Positions 48,250 to 57,627 of a stretch of DNA of 64,000 nt are shown piece by piece. The DNA lies in contig JAUSJG010000008.1 in assembly GCA_030647555.1 (NCBI GenBank), positions 193,467 through 257,466 of the forward strand. Direction: 5' to 3'. The translations under genes were made by a program, and so were the position numbers. The stretch is from a bacterium (GTDB lineage Bacteria > Patescibacteriota > Andersenbacteria > UBA10190 > CAIZMI01). Within the stretch, counting starts at the first letter, position 1. The number at the start of each line of letters is the position of its first letter. The notes under the pieces were generated by a model that was not told the DNA's origin, did no database searches, and saw only the letters and a program-made list of their open reading frames with translations.

Positions 48250-49841
48250 GGCTTTAATCCAAAAACAATCATTGTCGTTTCTTCGAACTGGTTTTTAGTA
48301 CGCATTAATTCTTTTATTTCCGGATGTTTGTTTATGTATCGCTCAGCGTCGGGCAGAGTGGATTGATTGAAGATTATTACATCACCTTGTTGAATGGTGG
48401 TTGTTTCACACTTTTCCGGTTTTAACAAAATATATGGGTAATTATATTTTGTCGTAAGAAAGTGAACGGTTTGTACAGAAAACTCGTCTAAAACCAGATA
48501 TGATCTTCCGGAATTGAGTTTCGCGCGTTGGTTAAGATAATTACTCACTGTTGTTAAATCACTGCGGTATTCGTACCAGTATTTTGGCAGGGAAGCAGAG
48601 ACGCCAAAATAGAGAAATAAATCATAAACACATGTTAGTGCCAAGAGAATCAATAATGCACCCATGGCAATTCTGCGAGCGTTGAGTGATGGTAATCTTT
48701 TTAGTCGATGAATAAACCATGCTCCACCGATTCCCGCGAGCCAAAAAACGACGGGGATTTCGCCAATTGAACGAAGACCATGGGGAATTCCTTCTGCTGT
48801 CGCGACGGCCGGTACCAGCATTATTGCTAACAACAAAAGCATAATAAAAAAGGCGAGAGTTTGTCCTGTGTGTCTTCCGCGAAGTAGGCGATGAAGGTAT
48901 TGAATAGAACGAATTAGTGCGATTATTATGCCGATTAAGCCAAAGACAGCGGGAATTGGTGACAGAAATGGATAACCGGGCACATTGTGACGAGGATTAA
49001 CATCACCGGCGGTGAAAAAAGCCAATATGCTTTTTTCCAGTACATCAGTTGCCGTACCGAGTAAGTTTCCTTTATTGATATCCGGATTAAGGATTGAAAC
49101 TTGCCCCGATCGACCGGCAAAAGACCCAGGGTGATTGTTGAAATATGCAAAAAGCGGGGTCATAGTAACGACCGCTGATAAAAATAGCGCAACTATTGCT
49201 CCGCGATACATTTTAAAGCCGAAAAGACGAGGTTTCCTAAGTAAACTTTGCAGTAGTAAGACAACGGCAACAATCACGATAACGCCCACGAATGCGCGAA
49301 AAGCGATATATGTGTACCAACCTAATCCAAAGGACACACCACAACCGATGGCTTGCCAAATTCGCGTCTTTGGATTTTTAGTTTGAAAAAGTCCCATAAA
49401 AAAATAAACCGTAAGGGCCATAAATAAAGGAATAGTGATCGCGCGAAAACCTGTTCTTGATAATGAAACATGCCACTGATTCGTGGCGATAAATAACCCG
49501 GCTAAAATTCCTACCAGATCGCCAAACATTCGCCGGCCCGCGGCATAGGTGAAATACACCGTCGCCGTTCCAACCAACGCCGAGGCAAAAAACATTGGCC
49601 AGACGCCGATGCCGAAAATGGCGATTAAGACAGCTTGCAGGTAGAAAAATAGCGCCTCGCGCCCGTTGCCACGTTCATAAAATGGCTGCAAGTGTCCATG
49701 GAGAATTGAAATCGCGTCCTCACCATTGGCAGCTTGATCGGGGAAAAGACCGCCCGGCATGGTGGTGATGTGCCAGAATCTGCCAAAAATCGCGAGCAAC
49801 AAAATTATTCCCACTAATATTTTTCTGTTTGCTGGTGTCAT
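48246..49841 (-). CDS. GT-C (ArnT/PMT-like) membrane glycosyltransferase
   Basis: RFW....PGGLFPDQA, WHVSLSR, YTYIAFR, PHGLRS; multi-TM. Confidence 0.82.
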   Translation of the reverse strand: MTPANRKILVGIILLLAIFGRFWHITTMPGGLFPDQAANGEDAISILHGHLQPFYERGNGREALFFYLQAVLIAIFGIGVWPMFFASALVGTATVYFTYAAGRRMFGDLVGILAGLFIATNQWHVSLSRTGFRAITIPLFMALTVYFFMGLFQTKNPKTRIWQAIGCGVSFGLGWYTYIAFRAFVGVIVIVAVVLLLQSLLRKPRLFGFKMYRGAIVALFLSAVVTMTPLFAYFNNHPGSFAGRSGQVSILNPDINKGNLLGTATDVLEKSILAFFTAGDVNPRHNVPGYPFLSPIPAVFGLIGIIIALIRSIQYLHRLLRGRHTGQTLAFFIMLLLLAIMLVPAVATAEGIPHGLRSIGEIPVVFWLAGIGGAWFIHRLKRLPSLNARRIAMGALLILLALTCVYDLFLYFGVSASLPKYWYEYRSDLTTVSNYLNQRAKLNSGRSYLVLDEFSVQTVHFLTTKYNYPYILLKPEKCETTTIQQGDVIIFNQSTLPDAERYINKHPEIKELMRTKNQFEETTMIVFGLKP

Positions 49842-49869
49842 GTGTATATTATAGGACTTTCGCTAATGG

Positions 49870-49898
49870 TTGACAAAAATGGTAAAAAGGAATATAAT
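49870..49898 (+). promoter_or_regulatory. Consensus promoter TTGACA-17-TATAAT followed by boxA-like TGTTCTTTCCCAA
   Basis: Exact hexamers; SD AAAGGAGTG before ATG 49946. Confidence 0.88.
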
Positions 49899-49945
49899 TG
49901 TGTGTTCTTTCCCAACCCCAGGAGTCTTTTTAAAGGAGTGAAGGA

Positions 49946-50413
49946 ATGGTTGCAAATACAACCAAAAGAAAGACGACGGCTTCGAAAATTAGTGCGATTA
50001 AGGTTCGCGCCAACGATTTGTTCAATGCGATGGAACGCATTGCCAACAAGTTGTTCGACGACGACGAGCTGGAGGATACCTGCCGTCGCGTCGACATCGG
50101 CGACACGCAACTGTGGCTGAAACCGCCACCGATGCCCAACACGACGAATTTTTCGGTTCTTGTTACAACCGCAAAAATCGCAGGGTGGCGAATTACTAAG
50201 GAGTTGAAGGAGCGGATCAACTCCACATCCCTCGATTCTTCCTGGATTGCGTGGATTCTCGACGGTCTCGCGGGGATCGTTCAAGACCTGCAGGACAACA
50301 GGGCAACAGGTTTCGCCGCTACGTACAACGTCTGCTTTTATGAGACGGTCGTGGATGGCTACGAAACCGTCCTCGCACCGCTCTTGAAAAAGGCGGAAGA
50401 AGCCGGCTTGTAA
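49946..50413 (+). CDS. Orphan 155-aa protein, GC-rich codon usage
   Basis: Promoter, SD and terminator bracket this ORF; no family recognised. Confidence 0.72.
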   Translation: MVANTTKRKTTASKISAIKVRANDLFNAMERIANKLFDDDELEDTCRRVDIGDTQLWLKPPPMPNTTNFSVLVTTAKIAGWRITKELKERINSTSLDSSWIAWILDGLAGIVQDLQDNRATGFAATYNVCFYETVVDGYETVLAPLLKKAEEAGL

Positions 50414-50444
50414 GTAGTAAGTCGATTCGAGAAGCCGCGAGTCA

Positions 50445-50476
50445 ACCGGAAGCTAAACCTAGCCTCCGGTTTTTTT
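50445..50476 (+). terminator. Intrinsic terminator
   Basis: AACCGGAAGCTA-aacc-TAGCCTCCGGTT followed by a T tract. Confidence 0.8.
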
Positions 50477-50573
50477 ATTCCTCTAGACAAAAATTTCCCC
50501 CTATGCTATTTTCCAAGCAGTTAGTAGGGGGAGGAAATACTAACACAAAGACAATTTAAATAAGACATTTTAT

Positions 50574-51197
50574 ATGGCATCATTAGAACCCGAAACAATC
50601 GCTCTTTTAAGGCGTCGCTTAGAGGAGGCGGAACGTAATATACAACTTTGTAGGCAATTACTCGGCGGAACCGCCCCAGGGAGCGGGTCGGATGTTTCAT
50701 TACTCGTTTTTTCGTCATCGGCAAAGATGGACGCGATTGAAGTAGACGAAAATTTTGGAGGAAAAATTATTCACGGTGAGTTTGATGGCGAACACATGAA
50801 AGGCGAAGATGGTCAGTTGTATCCGGTTCCGGCCAACTATGCTTCAAAATCAAAATTGGTCGAAGGTGATAAACTTAAATTGGCTATCGAACAGGATGGC
50901 GCGTTTGTCTATAAACAGGTAGGACCAACTGATCGCATCCGTGTGCGCGGTGTTTTTGATATCAATGAACAAGGGCAGTATGTTGTAAAATCAGAAGATA
51001 AAGAATACCGCCTCCTGTTAGCATCCGTTACTTTTTATCACATTGACCGTGGCGATACCGTTACAATTTTGTTGCCGGCCGAAGGCAAAGCGGTTTGGGG
51101 TGCGGTGGAAAATGTTATCAAGGCCGGAAGTAAAAAAAGCGATGAAATAAGTGACGATGACGATGAAAAGGATGAAGAATTAGATGAAATTATCTAA
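50574..51197 (+). CDS. Conserved hypothetical protein with acidic tail
   Basis: GEFDGEHM...YPVPANYASKSKLVEGD motif; upstream TAGACA-17-TATTTT promoter at 50484-50512. Confidence 0.75.
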   Translation: MASLEPETIALLRRRLEEAERNIQLCRQLLGGTAPGSGSDVSLLVFSSSAKMDAIEVDENFGGKIIHGEFDGEHMKGEDGQLYPVPANYASKSKLVEGDKLKLAIEQDGAFVYKQVGPTDRIRVRGVFDINEQGQYVVKSEDKEYRLLLASVTFYHIDRGDTVTILLPAEGKAVWGAVENVIKAGSKKSDEISDDDDEKDEELDEII

Positions 51198-51714
51198 CTT
51201 ACTAAAGATTTTTTTGTCTGGAGAGTTTATTCGGTTCGCCGTTGTCGGAGGAATCGGTTTTTGCGTGGACTTTGGCAGTTATTTGGTGATGACACGCATT
51301 CTCGGTTTGCGTTCAGTTTTTTGTTATGGCTTAGGTGAACAGCAATCATATTGGACGGCCCTGACGCAAAACGCCAGCGAAACGTGCAGTGTTTCGCATT
51401 TTCCGATCATTTTGGCCACGATGATCAGTGTCTTGTTGGCGATATTATCAAATTTTCTTTTCAATAAGTTTTGGACTTTCCGCAAGACTGCCGGAACGGG
51501 CGATGTGGCAAAACAAGGTTTAAGTTATTTTGGGTTAAATTTTGTAACTTATATTATGAATCAACTATTGGTTGGGTTTTTTGTTTCCGATTTTGGTCTG
51601 CTACGAGTTTTCCCAAACTACGTCGATGTGTCCGCGAAAGTCCTGGCCGTCGGTATTGTGCTTTTTTTCAATTTTTTCGGCTCAAAGTTTTTGGTGTTTC
51701 GGCGGGGGGAATAG
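51184..51714 (+). CDS. GtrA-family membrane protein
   Basis: FIRFAVVG, SNFLFNKFWTF, FNFFGSKFLVF. Confidence 0.88.
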   Translation: MKLSNLLKIFLSGEFIRFAVVGGIGFCVDFGSYLVMTRILGLRSVFCYGLGEQQSYWTALTQNASETCSVSHFPIILATMISVLLAILSNFLFNKFWTFRKTAGTGDVAKQGLSYFGLNFVTYIMNQLLVGFFVSDFGLLRVFPNYVDVSAKVLAVGIVLFFNFFGSKFLVFRRGE

Positions 51715-51774
51715 ATTTTACCTGCCGTAGAGACATTTGTCTGCGATAGAATTATTTTTGATATTCAGAACAAT

Positions 51775-51918
51775 GTATATGGTATTTTGTATATAGTATA
51801 TGGATTTATTGACCGAAGACATGAAACGAAATATTTTAAAAAAACTTTTATTGGTGCGGAATACTTGACGACAGATTCGCCTTCTAAATCAATATACTAC
51901 ATACCATATACAAAATAC
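51775..51918. repeat. GTATnnn heptamer inverted repeat with about 75-bp unique spacer
   Basis: gtatatggtattttgtatatagtatatggattta pairs with taaatcaatatactacataccatatacaaaatac. Confidence 0.85.
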
Positions 51919-51946
51919 TCGCCGGCAGTGTTACACTGGAATTTCA

Positions 51947-53647
51947 ATGGAAAATAACATCTCATCTCTAAACCAAGAGCGTACTCTTTATCGTAAGCAT
52001 CGACCCCAAGCATTGTCGGATGTCTCCGGTCAGCAACATATTTTGGCGGTTATTAAAAATGCTTTAAGTGGGGGGAAAATTACGCATGCCTATCTGTTTT
52101 CCGGCCCTCGTGGAACCGGTAAAACTACTATCGCGCGTATTATAGCGAAGCGACTTAATTGCCAAAACGCGCAAGGTTCGGATCCTTGCGGGCAATGTTC
52201 ACAATGTATTGCGTTTCAAAATAAAGCCTGCCTTGATCTGATAGAAATTGATGCTGCCAGTAATCGGGGTATCGACGAAATTCGCGCCCTAAAAGATCGG
52301 ATTAGCTTGGCGCCAACAGCGGGAAAATATAAAGTCTATATTATCGACGAAGTGCATATGCTTACCAAAGAAGCATTTAATGCATTACTTAAAACGCTGG
52401 AGGAACCGCCAAGTCACGCTATCTTCATTTTAGCCACGACGGAGTTGCACAAAGTTCCCGAGACAATCAAGTCGCGCTGTCAGACTTTTATTTTTCGCAG
52501 GGCTTCGGCAGAACAATTAATTGAACGCTTGAAAAAGATTTCCGGGATTGAAAATGTGGAGATTGAAGACAGTGTGTTGAGTTTAATCGCGAGTCATAGC
52601 GAGGGTTGTTTTCGCGACGCCGAAGGTTTGCTCGGACAAGTAATTTCAATGCAGAGCGGTAAAATTTCCATTGGCGATGTGGAAACTATGCTTGGCGTAA
52701 TTGGTTTTAAGGAAATTCAGAATTTTGTTGATAATATCTTGACCAGAAACGCGCAGGGTTCACTTCAGCAATTATTAAGAGTAATAGAGAGAGGCGCATC
52801 ATTGAGACGCTTCGCGGATGACATCACGCGTTATTTGCGAGCGGTGGCAACTTTTACCATCGCGCAAACTTCTAACGAGTCTTTTGATCCGGAGGTTATG
52901 GAAAAATTGCAAATTCACGCGAAAAGTTACACTTTGGATAGTTTTACAAAATTATTAAGATTATTTTTACGTGCCAAATCGGAAATGCGCGACGTAACAT
53001 ATGAAGAATTGCCATTAGAACTGGTGATTATGGAGTGGTGCGGGGAAGTGCAAAACACAACATCATTGATTACTAAAACACAAAGTGTTGTTTCTCAACA
53101 ACCAATTCAACAACCTGTCCAACCGTCGGTATTAGGAAAAATGGCTCAACCAATTATGAACGCGCCAATAATTGCTAGGGAATCTCCGGTACCTACAATC
53201 AATCGCTCACAGGACAAATTGGCGACAGATCAGCGAAATTCCATGGTGGAAAACCTAGAGTTATTTGAGAAGGTAATGGTGGTTTGGTCGCAATTTTTGG
53301 AAAAAACGAGGACATTAAATCCGCTTTTGCTTTCTACACTTGAGGCTTGTAAGCCAAGTATTGTAAGGGGAAATATGTTATATATGATTACCGAATTTAA
53401 TCTCTACAAGGAACGCGTGACAGATAATCAGGTGCGTGAGTCTCTTGAAGACTTGTTGGCAAGCCTGGTTGGTGAAAAAATTCTGATGCGTGTGGCGCTT
53501 AAGAGTGAGGCTGTGGGAATGCGTTTACCTGAACCAAAATCTGGTAGCACAGTAGTAGTTGCCTCCATTGAAAGTCCTATTGCGATAAATACAAACCCAA
53601 CAGCAGAAGCCCTGGCAGTATTAGGCGGGGAATTGGTGGGTGGGTAA
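51947..53647 (+). CDS. dnaX: DNA polymerase III gamma/tau subunit
   Basis: LYRKHRP, GPRGTGKTT, EIDAASNRG, IIDEVHML, FNALLKTLEEPP, TIKSRC. Confidence 0.97.
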   Translation: MENNISSLNQERTLYRKHRPQALSDVSGQQHILAVIKNALSGGKITHAYLFSGPRGTGKTTIARIIAKRLNCQNAQGSDPCGQCSQCIAFQNKACLDLIEIDAASNRGIDEIRALKDRISLAPTAGKYKVYIIDEVHMLTKEAFNALLKTLEEPPSHAIFILATTELHKVPETIKSRCQTFIFRRASAEQLIERLKKISGIENVEIEDSVLSLIASHSEGCFRDAEGLLGQVISMQSGKISIGDVETMLGVIGFKEIQNFVDNILTRNAQGSLQQLLRVIERGASLRRFADDITRYLRAVATFTIAQTSNESFDPEVMEKLQIHAKSYTLDSFTKLLRLFLRAKSEMRDVTYEELPLELVIMEWCGEVQNTTSLITKTQSVVSQQPIQQPVQPSVLGKMAQPIMNAPIIARESPVPTINRSQDKLATDQRNSMVENLELFEKVMVVWSQFLEKTRTLNPLLLSTLEACKPSIVRGNMLYMITEFNLYKERVTDNQVRESLEDLLASLVGEKILMRVALKSEAVGMRLPEPKSGSTVVVASIESPIAINTNPTAEALAVLGGELVGG

Positions 53648-53652
53648 GAACG

Positions 53653-54336
53653 TTAATTACCGAGAAATTTTTTGGTTGATAATTCCGTCCAGATTGAAAT
53701 TTGTCGATTGAGCCAGGTACTTTTTTTAACAGTTAGCCGAATCAATCCAATATAGTTTGCGTCTTTATTGTGACGAAATACTGAATTATTGTTCTTAATT
53801 ACAACTAGTAAATCATTCGGTTGAATCTGTAGTTTTTGTGACCATTGTATTCGTGATAAATTTATATCAGCGGTTTTGTGGATATATAGACTATATATTA
53901 ATTCGGAGTCCTGTTTATTGGCATAGGTTTTCAACCATTGACGCATAATCATAATCGCCGATGGATCAGAGTTGCTGAATTGAACCCGCGCGGACACGTT
54001 CCATGGTTTTTGTTTTGATCCTTCGGCCCAATAAAGTGAAAGTCCGAAATTAAAGAATGGGTCAGAATATAGGTTGCTAAAATTTGCGGTGATTTCGTTT
54101 TTTAGTGAATTGGTTTTAGAAATTCTTTGATTTCTTTTTGCGAGTGCCCCCGCATTTTGACCGGCTTTACGTAGTGAATCCAGGCGTTTTTTTAATGGGG
54201 GCGCCAACTTGATTTTGCAAAGCCATGTAGAAAGAGTAGACTTTGTTACAGGAATTTGTTGAGCAATTTCACTATAGGAAAAACCTTGAAGTCGTAATTG
54301 TTCTGCCTCATGCCTTTCTTTAGTTTTAGATATCAT
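53653..54336 (-). CDS. HTH plus LAGLIDADG-like domain protein, divergent from tRNA-Gln
   Basis: LRLQGFSYSEIA....VTKSTLSTW HTH; LYWAEGSK...VQFSNSDP resembles a LAGLIDADG helix and strand; AT-rich. Confidence 0.7.
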   Translation of the reverse strand: MISKTKERHEAEQLRLQGFSYSEIAQQIPVTKSTLSTWLCKIKLAPPLKKRLDSLRKAGQNAGALAKRNQRISKTNSLKNEITANFSNLYSDPFFNFGLSLYWAEGSKQKPWNVSARVQFSNSDPSAIMIMRQWLKTYANKQDSELIYSLYIHKTADINLSRIQWSQKLQIQPNDLLVVIKNNNSVFRHNKDANYIGLIRLTVKKSTWLNRQISIWTELSTKKFLGN

Positions 54337-54415
54337 ATCAATTGGTGAGTTATTAGATGATATTGATTAGAACCAAGGTTAATAGTACCATAATAATAGA
54401 TTGATAGTTAGTTAA

Positions 54416-54489
54416 TCCGGGATCGTCTAACGGCAGGACGCCGCTCTTTGGAAGCGATAATCTTGGTTCGATTCCAAGTCCCGGAGCCA
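54416..54489 (+). tRNA. tRNA-Gln (UUG), CCA encoded
   Basis: Acceptor TCCGGGA/TCCCGGA, anticodon loop CTTTGGA, T arm CTTGG-TTCGATT-CCAAG, 3' GCCA. Confidence 0.95.
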
Positions 54490-54524
54490 AAAAATATGGC
54501 CACCTTTAGGTGGCTGTATTTTTT
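54490..54524 (+). terminator. Intrinsic terminator after the tRNA
   Basis: AAAAATATGGCCACC-ttta-GGTGGCTGTATTTTTT. Confidence 0.8.
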
Positions 54525-54559
54525 GTGCGTTAGGGAAGCAACCACCTGCGTTGCTTGCT

Positions 54560-55309
54560 TTATGCGCCCATACCAATATTTTTCTTAATCCTTCCAAACG
54601 CGAATATCGCCGGTTTTAAAATTCCGGGAGCAAACTTTTGGTGAAAAACTCCTAAAAAATAAATAATTTTTGAAAATGAAAGATAGGATGGTTCAGCCTC
54701 ATAACCGTATGCAACTCCATCAATACCGTATTTTTTCATAATCTTTTTTAATTTTCGAATACTATTACATTTGTAAATAGTCGGAAAAACATCTTCCTCG
54801 GTTCTACTATTTTGGACAACAGAAGTTATGCGCGAATGGTACTTATTGGGGATTAACCTCGCGATTATTGCGACATAGCTCCATCGATTGGGCGTTCTTA
54901 CGCACAAATAACCGCCTTTTTTCAACACACGACGCACTTCCGAAAACAGCAAATCTGGATTTGAAATATGCTCCAAAACATTATCGCAGACGATTAGATC
55001 AACTGAATTGCTCTCAACCGGCCAGGAGTCACCCTTAATAAGACGGAACTCGTCTATAAACGGATTGTTTTGGGCTCGCTGATCAACATCAATCCCAATA
55101 ACTCGCGCAACTTTTCCTTTTAGAATTCTAAGATTCCGCCTGAATGGTACGACATCATCATTAAATTCACCTCTTCCGCAACCGACATCAAGAATTACAA
55201 AAGACGAATTAATAAGCGAATTGACTCTATTGAAGAAAGCGATTGTTCCATCAACATCCGTAAACCCGCCGAATTTTGATTCAGGATAGAATGTTTCTCT
55301 GTTATTCAT
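54560..55309 (-). CDS. Class I SAM-dependent methyltransferase
   Basis: ILDVGCGRG, VLEHI, RVLKKGG, TPN. Confidence 0.9.
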   Translation of the reverse strand: MNNRETFYPESKFGGFTDVDGTIAFFNRVNSLINSSFVILDVGCGRGEFNDDVVPFRRNLRILKGKVARVIGIDVDQRAQNNPFIDEFRLIKGDSWPVESNSVDLIVCDNVLEHISNPDLLFSEVRRVLKKGGYLCVRTPNRWSYVAIIARLIPNKYHSRITSVVQNSRTEEDVFPTIYKCNSIRKLKKIMKKYGIDGVAYGYEAEPSYLSFSKIIYFLGVFHQKFAPGILKPAIFAFGRIKKNIGMGA

Positions 55310-55326
55310 CTGAGTGTTTCAGTTTT

Positions 55327-56157
55327 CTAGCTTCCCTGGATTCCGAATTTTCGCCAGATAAAACGGAAGGAATAACCGGCCATAAAAATCAACACCAAAG
55401 CAACAATACTAACGTAAAGAATATCAAAAAACGATACTCTTCCGGTACCGAGCCAGGCCGTTCGTGCAAACGAGAGCGCGGTATTGAGCGGATTGTAGCG
55501 AATCAACGGATCCAATAGGATATTTAAGGGGTGGGGAAGTTTGTCGATAACTTCAATCGGGTAGAAAAACGGCGTCAGAAAAGTAAACGCCGAAATTATG
55601 TATGACAAAAACGGCGTAATGTTTTCCGTAGCCAATGAAGCGCCACCAAAAATTAATCCCACACATAAACCGATTAAAGTTACTAAAATAAACATGAGAA
55701 ATGCGAGTAAAAAACCGGCAAAAGTGGTAGGGTATATAACCCATAAGGCCAAAAGGAAGGCGAAAAAAGTGGGAGTATTTTTAACAATTTCTGATATTCC
55801 AAAACCAACAATAATCGCGGAGGTTTTTACCGGAGTAATAAATAAAAGCTCAACAGTACGCGACCACTTGTCTCTTTGAAATTTATCTTTAAAAACCGAG
55901 GTGCTGGCACGCCAAGTAGTGTGAAATATTATTCCTAAAGCCAAAAAAGGAATATATGTTTCCTTCGTTAAGCCGGGGATTGGAGAAATGGCGTTTTGAC
56001 CCACCGTTGCCACATAAACCGTAAGAATCGGGATAAGTCGGCCAAGCGGTGAGACGATGCTTTGAAAAATATAAGAGATCGCGAATCGTAAATCGATCTG
56101 TATTTCTTTGCGGGCGATCGCCAACGTCTCGCGGATAGTGTTATTTTGATAAAACAT
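55327..56157 (-). CDS. ABC-2 type transporter permease
   Basis: Six TM, ELLFITPV, FFYPIE, YNPL; likely start ATG 56157. Confidence 0.85.
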   Translation of the reverse strand: MFYQNNTIRETLAIARKEIQIDLRFAISYIFQSIVSPLGRLIPILTVYVATVGQNAISPIPGLTKETYIPFLALGIIFHTTWRASTSVFKDKFQRDKWSRTVELLFITPVKTSAIIVGFGISEIVKNTPTFFAFLLALWVIYPTTFAGFLLAFLMFILVTLIGLCVGLIFGGASLATENITPFLSYIISAFTFLTPFFYPIEVIDKLPHPLNILLDPLIRYNPLNTALSFARTAWLGTGRVSFFDILYVSIVALVLIFMAGYSFRFIWRKFGIQGS

Positions 56158-56989
56158 GTTTTTTGTGAAGGGTTGGACAATAATTTTTATCACCGGATAA
56201 GGTTTTTCTTAGCAGTCCCTGTACAAATTCAATAATGGAGAGGGTTTTTTTGCCGACGTGAGTTGGGGCAACCTCGGACAAATCCGTAAAATTAACATCC
56301 CTGACAAGCTCGCCTCGATGCAAAAGAATTAATCGCTCTGTCATATTTTCAATATCCTCCAAGTTGTGTGTCGCTAAAATAATCGTTGCTTTGCTCTTCA
56401 TAATTATTTCTTTTGCTTCTTCCGCGAAATGAAGATCAAACGCGCCAAATGGTTCATCTAAAATTATAAGTGACGGATCGGGTAATAAAACACGCGCAAA
56501 ATCGAGTCGAGAAACCATTCCCGTGGAATATTGTTCGACATATTTATCAATAACGTCTGATAGCCCGACAATCTCTGCCATTTTTTTTATTCTTTCTTCG
56601 CTGTGCTTGATGTGATAAAGATTGGCGATGAATCGTAAATTTTCGTAACCGGTCAGTTGGCGATAAATAAGGGGAAACGCTGCCATATAACCAACAGGTT
56701 GTCTGTCGGGACTGGATGCTTCCACACCATCAATAATCATTGTACCGTTTGCCGGATTAAGAGCTCCTGCCATCGTTCGAAACAATGTTGTCTTTCCCGC
56801 GCCATTCATTCCTACAACACCGACCCGTTCGCCAGGGGAAATATTTAAAGAAATATTGTGAAGAGCCCGAAAATGGTGGTGCGAATGAGTTTGTCCTGTG
56901 CCAAGTAATTGTTTTTTTAGAAACCAATTAAAAGGTAACGGATAATCAACACTAAGATGGTTTATCTCGATAGAACTTCCTTGGATCAT
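56141..56989 (-). CDS. ABC transporter ATP-binding protein
   Basis: GMNGAGKTT, YSTGM signature, ILDEP, ATH. Confidence 0.93.
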   Translation of the reverse strand: MIQGSSIEINHLSVDYPLPFNWFLKKQLLGTGQTHSHHHFRALHNISLNISPGERVGVVGMNGAGKTTLFRTMAGALNPANGTMIIDGVEASSPDRQPVGYMAAFPLIYRQLTGYENLRFIANLYHIKHSEERIKKMAEIVGLSDVIDKYVEQYSTGMVSRLDFARVLLPDPSLIILDEPFGAFDLHFAEEAKEIIMKSKATIILATHNLEDIENMTERLILLHRGELVRDVNFTDLSEVAPTHVGKKTLSIIEFVQGLLRKTLSGDKNYCPTLHKKHVLSK

Positions 56990-57178
56990 TGAGGATATTA
57001 TAGCGGAAATATAAAGAAAAGTAACTCGAATTGTTGAAAAGAGTGCTTATTGATAAAAATGGGCCTGAATTATGATAATGATCAATGAATGGTGAGTGGA
57101 CAAAGTGGAAACATATTCATAAATCATTAATCATATATCGTTATTCACAAAATGGATGTATTCCACTATCTTTTGTAT

Positions 57179-57622
57179 ATGGATAAACTGGTTCTCGACA
57201 CAAATGTCTTAATTGATGGTATTAAGGATGAAAATTCCGCCGCCTGGCAGATTATTAATGCCGTGTTTGAGAGAAAGGTTGAACTATATGTTAGCCACCC
57301 TGTCGTGAGAGAATATCGACGCATTTTGCAACGGGAAATTTCCGATCCGGCGTATAGTGAACGTGTTTTGGGTTTGCTCGATCTGGCGATCAAAATTGAT
57401 GTACATAATATTCAGCGCCTGGTTGTGGACGATCCGGAAGATGACAAAGTGATCGCCACGGCACTTACTGCCGGCGCGGACGCGTTGATTTCGGAAGATA
57501 AACATCTATTGGATTTAGACAAGCAATACGATTTAAGAATTATGAAACCGAAGGAATATCTTAATCGTAACCAGCAAGATTCTTCATGGAGTGACTTTGC
57601 TAAGCTAATCGGGTTAAACTAG
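57179..57622 (+). CDS. PIN-domain protein (putative toxin family), no adjacent antitoxin
   Basis: LVLDTNVLI, DPEDDKVIATA, ISEDKHLL; promoter TTCACA-17-TATCTT ends 6 nt before ATG 57179. Confidence 0.88.
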   Translation: MDKLVLDTNVLIDGIKDENSAAWQIINAVFERKVELYVSHPVVREYRRILQREISDPAYSERVLGLLDLAIKIDVHNIQRLVVDDPEDDKVIATALTAGADALISEDKHLLDLDKQYDLRIMKPKEYLNRNQQDSSWSDFAKLIGLN

Positions 57623-57627
57623 AGTAG

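Noticed and set aside
51947-53647. Programmed -1 frameshift producing gamma from dnaX
   Set aside because: No A AAA AAG heptamer or long A run was found in the linker region.
54490-57000. Integrated island at the tRNA-Gln 3' end
   Set aside because: No integrase and no duplicated tRNA 3' fragment were found; only the methyltransferase looks slightly AT-rich.
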